DNA of 64,000 nt from Eledone cirrhosa (Eukaryota): positions 18,848,001 to 18,912,000 of the forward strand of contig OZ024741.1 in assembly GCA_964016885.1 (NCBI GenBank), read 5' to 3'. Below are positions 57,135-64,000 of this stretch, piece by piece. Positions within the stretch are counted from its first letter, which is position 1, and each line of letters begins with the position of its first letter. Made by a program: the position numbers and the translations under genes. Below the pieces are notes generated by a model that was given only the letters and a program-made list of their open reading frames with translations, made no database searches and was not told the DNA's origin.

Positions 57135-60100
57135 CTCTCTCCCTTGACCTAATAGTCTTTGCTCTTTCCCCTCTCTTTCTTCTGAGACCTAATAGTCCCT
57201 GCTCTTTCCCTCTCTCCCTTAACCTAATAGACCTTGCTCTTTCCCTCTCTCCCTTGACCTAATAGACCTTGCTCTTTCCCTCTCTCCCTTGACCTAATAG
57301 ACCTTGCTCTTTCCCTCTCTCCCTTGACCTAACAGTCTCTGCTCTTTCCCTCTCTCCCTTGACCTAATAGACCTTGCTCTTTCCCTCTCTCCCTTGACCT
57401 AATAGACCTTGCTCTTTCCCTCTCTCCCTTGACCTAACAGTCCCTGCTCTTTCCCTCTCTCCCTTGACCTAATAGACCTTGCTCTTTCCCTCTCTCCCTT
57501 GACCTAATAGTCCCTGCTCTTTCCCTCTCTCCCTTGACCTAATAGACCTTGCTCTTTCCCTCTCTCCCTTGACCTAACAGTCCCTGCTCTTTCCCTCTCT
57601 CCCTTGACCTAATAGACCTTGCTCTTTCCCTCTCTCCCTTGACCTAACAGTCCCTGCTCTTTCCCTCTCTCCCTTGACCTAACAGTCCCTGCTCTTTCCC
57701 TCTCTCCCTTGACCTAATAGTCCCTGCTCTTTCCCTCTCTCCCTTGACCTAACAGTCCCTGCTCTTTCCTTTTCTCCCTTGACCTAACAGTCCCTGCTCT
57801 TTCCCTCTCTCCCTTGACCTAACAGTCCCTGCTCTTTCCCTCTCTCCCTTGACCTAATAGACCTTGCTCTTTCCCTCTCTCCCTTGACCTAATAGACCTT
57901 GCTCTTTCCCTCTCTCCCTTGACCTAACAGTCCCTGCTCTTTCCCTCTCTCCCTTGACCTAATAGACCTTGCTCTTTCCCTCTCTCCCTTGACCTAATAG
58001 TCCCTGCTCTTTCCCTCTCTCCCTTGACCTAATAGACCTTGCTCTTTCCCTCTCTCCCTTGACCTAATAGTCCCTGCTCTTTCCCTCTCTCCCTTGACCT
58101 AATAGTCCCTGCTCTTTCCTTTTCACCCTTGACCTAACAGTCCCTGCTCTTTCCCTCTCTCCCTTGACCTAACAGTCCCTGCTCTTTCCCTCTCTCCCTT
58201 GACCTAATAGACCTTGCTCTTTCCCTCTCTCCCTTGACCTAATAGACCTTGCTCTTTCCCTCTCTCCCTTGACCTAATAGACCTTGCTCTTTCCCTCTCT
58301 CCCTTGACCTAATAGACCTTGCTCTTTCCCTCTCTCCCTTGACCTAACAGTCCCTGCTCTTTCCCTCTCTCCCTTAACCTAATAGACCTTGCTCTTTCCC
58401 TCTCTCCCTTGACCTAATAGACCTTGCTCTTTCCCTCTCTCCCTTGACCTAATAGTCCCTGCTCTTTCCCTCTCTCCCTTGACCTAATAGACCTTGCTCT
58501 TTCCCTCTCTCCCTTGATCTAATAGACCTTGCTCTTTCCCTCTCTCCCTTGACCTAATAGACCTTGCTCTTTCCCTCTCTCCCTTGACCTAATAGACCTT
58601 GCTCTTTCCCTCTCTCCCTTGACCTAATAGACCTTGCTCTTTCCCTCTCTCCCTTGACCTAATAGACCTTGCTCTTTCCCTCTCTCCCTTGACCTAACAG
58701 TCCCTGCTCTTTCCCTCTCTCCCTTGACCTAATAGTCCCTGCTCTTTCCCTCTCTCCCTTGACCTAATAGACCTTGCTCTTTCCCTCTCTCCCTTGACCT
58801 AATAGACCTTGCTCTTTCCCTCTCTCCCTTGACCTAACAGTCCCTGCTCTTTCCCTCTCTCCCTTGACCTAATAGACCTTGCTCTTTCCCTCTCTCCCTT
58901 GACCTAATAGACCTTGCTCTTTCCCTCTCTCCCTTGACCTAATAGACCTTGCTCTTTCCCTCTCTCCCTTGACCTAATAGACCTTGCTCTTTCCCTCTCT
59001 CCCTTGACCTAATAGACCTTGCTCTTTCCCTCTCTCCCTTGACCTAATAGACCTTGCTCTTTCCCTCTCTCCCTTGACCTAATAGACCTTGCTCTTTCCC
59101 TCTCTCCCTTGACCTAATAGACCTTGCTCTTTCCCTCTCTCCCTTGACCTAATAGACCTTGCTCTTTCCCTCTCTCCCTTGACCTAATAGACCTTGCTCT
59201 TTCCCTCTCTCCCTTGATCTAATAGACCTTGCTCTTTCCCTCTCTCCCTTGACCTAATAGACCTTGCTCTTTCCCTCTCTCCCTTGACCTAATAGACCTT
59301 GCTCTTTCCCTCTCTCCCTTGACCTAATAGACCTTGCTCTTTCCCTCTCTCCCTTGACCTAATAGACCTTGCTCTTTCCCTCTCTCCCTTGACCTAACAG
59401 TCCCTGCTCTTTCCCTCTCTCCCTTGACCTAATAGTCCCTGCTCTTTCCCTCTCTCCCTTGACCTAATAGACCTTGCTCTTTCCCTCTCTCCCTTGACCT
59501 AATAGACCTTGCTCTTTCCCTCTCTCCCTTGACCTAACAGTCCCTGCTCTTTCCCTCTCTCCCTTGACCTAATAGACCTTGCTCTTTCCCTCTCTCCCTT
59601 GACCTAATAGACCTTGCTCTTTCCCTCTCTCCCTTGACCTAATAGACCTTGCTCTTTCCCTCTCTCCCTTGACCTAATAGACCTTGCTCTTTCCCTCTCT
59701 CCCTTGACCTAATAGACCTTGCTCTTTCCCTCTCTCCCTTGACCTAATAGACCTTGCTCTTTCCCTCTCTCCCTTGACCTAATAGACCTTGCTCTTTCCC
59801 TCTCTCCCTTGACCTAATAGACCTTGCTCTTTCCCTCTCTCCCTTGACCTAATAGACCTTGCTCTTTCCCTCTCTCCCTTGACCTAACAGTCCCTGCTCT
59901 TTCCCTCTCTCCCTTGACCTAATAGTCCCTGCTCTTTCCCTCTCTCCCTTGACCTAATAGACCTTGCTCTTTCCCTCTCTCCCTTGACCTAATAGACCTT
60001 GCTCTTTCCCTCTCTCCCTTGACCTAACAGTCCCTGCTCTTTCCCTCTCTCCCTTGACCTAATAGACCTTGCTCTTTCCCTCTCTCCCTTGACCTAATAG

Positions 60101-60500
60101 ACCTTGCTCTTTCCCTCTCTCCCTTGACCTAATAGTCCCTGCTCTTTCCCTCTCTCCCTTGACCTAACAGTCCCTGCTCTTTCCCTCTCTCCCTTGACCT
60201 AACAGTCCCTGCTCTTTCCCTCTCTCCCTTGACCTAATAGACCTTGCTCTTTCCCTCTCTCCCTTGACCTAACAGTCCCTGCTCTTTCCCTCTCTCCCTT
60301 GACCTAATAGACCTTGCTCTTTCCCTCTCTCCCTTGACCTAATAGACCTTGCTCTTTCCCTCTCTCCCTTGACCTAATAGACCTTGCTCTTTCCCTCTCT
60401 CCCTTGACCTAATAGACCTTGCTCTTTCCCTCTTTCTTCCTTGGCCTAATAGTCCCTGCTGTTGCTCTCTCTCCCTTGGCCTAACAGTCCCTACTGTTTT
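57135..60500. repeat. 35-bp pyrimidine-rich minisatellite, ~96 copies
   Basis: Unit CCCTTGACCTAA(T/C)AG(A/T)CC(T/C)TGCTCTTTCCCTCTCT. Confidence 0.97.
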
Positions 60501-60892
60501 CCTTCTCATTTATGGCATTTATAGTCCTTTCCTTTACTCTCCTATACAGCCAGATCTGCCCTTCTTTATTCCTTCCCCCACCTTTTATTATTATTTATAT
60601 AATTAATTATGAAAATTTAATAAATAATTTAATTATCAAGAGTTGTTGAAACCGTTGTCCAACAGTATCTTGGTTAAGTTACTGATAAAATATTCAATAT
60701 AGGGAATAGGAAACATCTAAGTGGAAATAATTGTGCTGTGACTAACAGACAGACAGACATAGGTTGATAAGCAGCTAGCCAGCTAGACAGACAGACAGAT
60801 AGACAGATATATACATAGACAGATAGCTTGATAAGCAGCTAGCTAGACAGATAGAAAGATTGACAAATAGACACACACACACACACGCGCAC

Positions 60893-60982
<90 letters not shown>

Positions 60983-61299
60983 AGAGATAGGTAAATAGAG
61001 AGACATGGATATAGAGAGATGGAGAGGCAGATAGACTGGTTGGCATAAAGATAGGAAGGTAAACAGATAGGCAGATAAGTAGATTGGTTGAGACAGATAC
61101 AGGTAGAAAGATAGACAAGTAAATGTAGACAGACAAGCATGTAAGTAGACAGATGGATAAGTTAGTATTAGCATATTTAATACTTGGAGCATTAAACATC
61201 GCACTACAAACAATCATGTGATGAGTAAATATACAATATTAGTGAATAACTAATATTTTTTCATGCTTCTATAAGTAAATACAGATGACTACTACTCCA

Positions 61300-61335
61300 G
61301 GCATGTTTCAGTATTATTCTGACTTCATCAGCAAA
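61300..61335 (-). ncRNA. Degenerate hammerhead motif
   Basis: Minus strand reads CTGATGA-AGT(cagaataat)ACT-GAAA-CATG-CC; U16.1 is replaced by C. Confidence 0.35.
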
Positions 61336-61741
61336 GCATAGCCTTCGCTTAGATGCCATGGTAGTAGTGAGAGAATCGCTACGTACATGTCTGAGATTGT
61401 AGGTTGATAAATGGAGGAAAATAGAATCATTTAGAAAATATATTACCCAGTGATGCCATTTATTCTTTTACCAATAATGTCTGGGTCTTCCTCTTTGGGA
61501 TAGATTCATGTGATAGAGGGGAACCTCAGTCTTATCACTTGGGTTAAACAATAAAATCATCTTTGCAAACTAAAATAAAAAAGCACGAGCCTCTATGTGA
61601 TCACTCGACTTATTAGAAATAGCAGCAAGATCTCCTTCAAATCACACTCTCCATATTAAGATTAATTAAAAGTATAAAGTTGTGTAGTTGATACAAGGCA
61701 TTGTGAGATATGTGATAAATGATTAAGTTTGAAAAAAAACG

Positions 61742-62017
61742 TACAATGCTGTAAAAATATATAAAGGACAAAGGATGGCAAATAAAACAAAACAAAGTAA
61801 TGTTTTACCCAGTATATTTGAACATGATATTTCAGGGCTATAACCCTCTTTTCAAATGTGAAACATAGGCCAGTTAAGGAAGAACACATCGATCATTCAT
61901 TTTTGTTTTGAACTGTTTCCGTTTCACATTAGAAAAGAGGATATTAGTCCTGAAATATCATGTTGAAATATACATCGTTTTGTTTCATTTGCCCTTTATA
62001 TATTTCTACAGCATTGC
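61742..62017. mobile_element. Old inverted PLE-type remnant with two hammerhead-like motifs
   Basis: Arms 61742-61864 and 61921-62017; motifs at 61822-61859 (-) and 61926-61963 (+). Confidence 0.55.
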
Positions 62018-62959
62018 ATCGGCCTTTTAAAACCTATCAGTCATTAGGAATTAGAAGTAATTTATTTGCTGTTGTAGAACTATCCAGTAGTAAATTCATA
62101 ACAAAGTTATAAAACCTTTCAGATATTTTTGCATCCCAGTTTTTAATCCTTCTATTTTGGCAGAAGTGACTATAAAGGGTTTTGACACCAGGAAGAGCAC
62201 CTGACTGTAAATGACAAAAAAAAACTCTGTCCAACTCATGCCAGCATACAAAAGATATAAAAATAACAGCAATGATGATGATGATGATAATTGTATTTGA
62301 ATGTTTTGAGAATAAGAGGCTATGTTTCTAGTCTGTATGATAACTTCTATTATGGTAAAACTTTACCTTTAAAATTGTCTCTTCTGGCTATTTTAGGGAT
62401 TGGGGTGGGCTTCATATTGTTTTTCTTTGTTTTTTTTTTCTCTTTTATTTCCACATTTTGGTGGTGGGCGGTGATGGGTTAACCCAAAACATTGTACATT
62501 TTTCCTAATGGTATTTGACTAGCTAGTAATTAGGCTCGTTAACTAAGAGGTATTGAATATTTGTTGTTGCTAGGAGTTTTTCTCATTTTTTTCCACATTG
62601 CATTTTTAAATAGTAAGTAATTCACATCAACATCAGTATTTAATGAGAACGTAATGATTAATAGTGATGTTGGAGGGTCATTAAGTTAACTATGTTTGAC
62701 ACAGTTAACGAGACTAGATATTCAAGTTATAGTAGGTCTGGCTGACTTCCCTATTCAGTGCTGTGTCCTCTCCTTTTGTCATCTTCACTTCAACCAATTG
62801 ATCATACAATGATCTTTGCCAAAATCATGTGAGGTAATTCACTGAGAAAACATAAGACCCCTAATAGGATGTGTTTGTCTCTTCCCTGTCTTATGAGGGG
62901 TTATAATGAAAAACATGTGATGATGGTTTTGATGTGATGGGAAACATGTTATCTACTAA

Positions 62960-63168
62960 CCCTTTTGTTACTGGAAGACTGCCTATGATTTTCAAATAAT
63001 TTTGAAAATAATCAAACAATTAAAGGAATTTAGTAATATCACTTTCTTATTAATAAGCTGGTGTTTGGAACATAACTTAACAAAGTTTGTTACATATAGA
63101 CACTTTAAATAAAACAATTTTGTAATGTAGAATGAGGGTCATTTTCAAGTGGTTTGCTAAGAAAAGGG
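62960..63168. mobile_element. piggyBac-like MITE
   Basis: CTAA|CCCTTTTGTTA ... TAAGAAAAGGG|TTAA. Confidence 0.55.
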
Positions 63169-63484
63169 TTAACTGACAACAGGTTTTGCAATCAGAATAG
63201 GGCCATAAAGTCTCATTTTGAAATCCTTAATCTCACTTTGAATTGATATGTCCTCACTTTGAATTACAAATACTGAAGTTATAGAAATAGTGATTGAGGT
63301 CTATTTCTAGTCAAGAAACTTATTCAGCTGGAACTTACACAGATTCTATGAGGCACTCAGTGACTGAGACTACAAAATGCCCCTGTCTTTAACAGTTTTG
63401 TTATTACCCATTGCTTTTATTTTGAAGATATCTAATAATTTACAGGCTTTTCATAAAATAGCTAACGTTCTCATTATTAAGTTG

Positions 63485-63674
63485 AAGGGCAGTGGATTGC
63501 CAGTATCGGTAGAGAGTCAGACGCCATGCTTTACAGCAAAGGGTTACGGCCCTTTATGGTCTGAGTTCAAATCCCGCCGAGGTTAACTTTGCCTTTCATC
63601 CTTATGGGGTCGATAAAATAAAGTACCAGTAATACACTAGGATAATTGCTGACCTTGTGCCAAAAGTAGAAACA
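63485..63674 (+). mobile_element. CORE/MIR-like SINE with 12-bp TSD
   Basis: TSD ATTATTAAGTTG at 63473-63484 and 63675-63686. Confidence 0.88.
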
Positions 63675-63768
63675 ATTATTAAGTTGGTGTTTGGAACATA
63701 ACTTAACAAAGGTATTTACATAAAATTAAGATGGAAGGTTTTTAGATAAATATTTCTGTGACTAATAT

Positions 63769-64000
63769 ATGGCTTAATGATTAGAATGTTGGGCTTGCAT
63801 CAAGTGATTTTGTGCCATGAACAAAACACTTTGTTTCTCCAGTTTACCCAGCTGTAGAAATAAGTTGTGATGTCACTGGTGCCAACCTGTATCAGCCTTA
63901 ACCTTTCCCTTAGTCAGCATTGGTGGTATGCATGAGTAATGGCTGATCTTCTACAAACAACCTTCTCCAGGCTTGTGCCTCTAAGGGGAACTTTCTAGGT
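63769..64000 (+). mobile_element. tRNA-derived SINE (runs off window end)
   Basis: Homologous to 5603-5945. Confidence 0.7.

Overview
Eukaryotic, repeat-saturated animal genomic DNA. The SINE/RTE families with (GAT)n tails and the very long (TA)n tracts suggest an octopus-type cephalopod genome (inference). There is a 200-N scaffold gap at 20363-20562. The only host coding sequence I can support is one 108-bp phase-0 exon (34421-34528, +) encoding the N-terminal SH3-like segment of a class V myosin, which the ORF track misses. A candidate 12-nt in-frame microexon lies at 55062-55073. The rest appears to be intron or flank: a 5'-truncated Penelope-like retroelement (RT C-terminus + GIY-YIG) between ~1.2-kb inverted repeats, many RTE LINE fragments and tRNA-SINEs, piggyBac/mariner-like MITEs and at least nine minisatellite arrays. 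The most notable hidden layer is a set of about ten minimal hammerhead-ribozyme motifs of Penelope type, including a U3-A8 compensatory core variant and a pair with covarying stem II. Other notable patterns are long inverted repeats (potential intronic dsRNA), minisatellites that arose inside transposon copies, and a SINE family whose TSDs all start with ATTAT. Nearly all long ORFs in the track are artefacts of simple repeats. Repeat boundaries were read by eye and are approximate.
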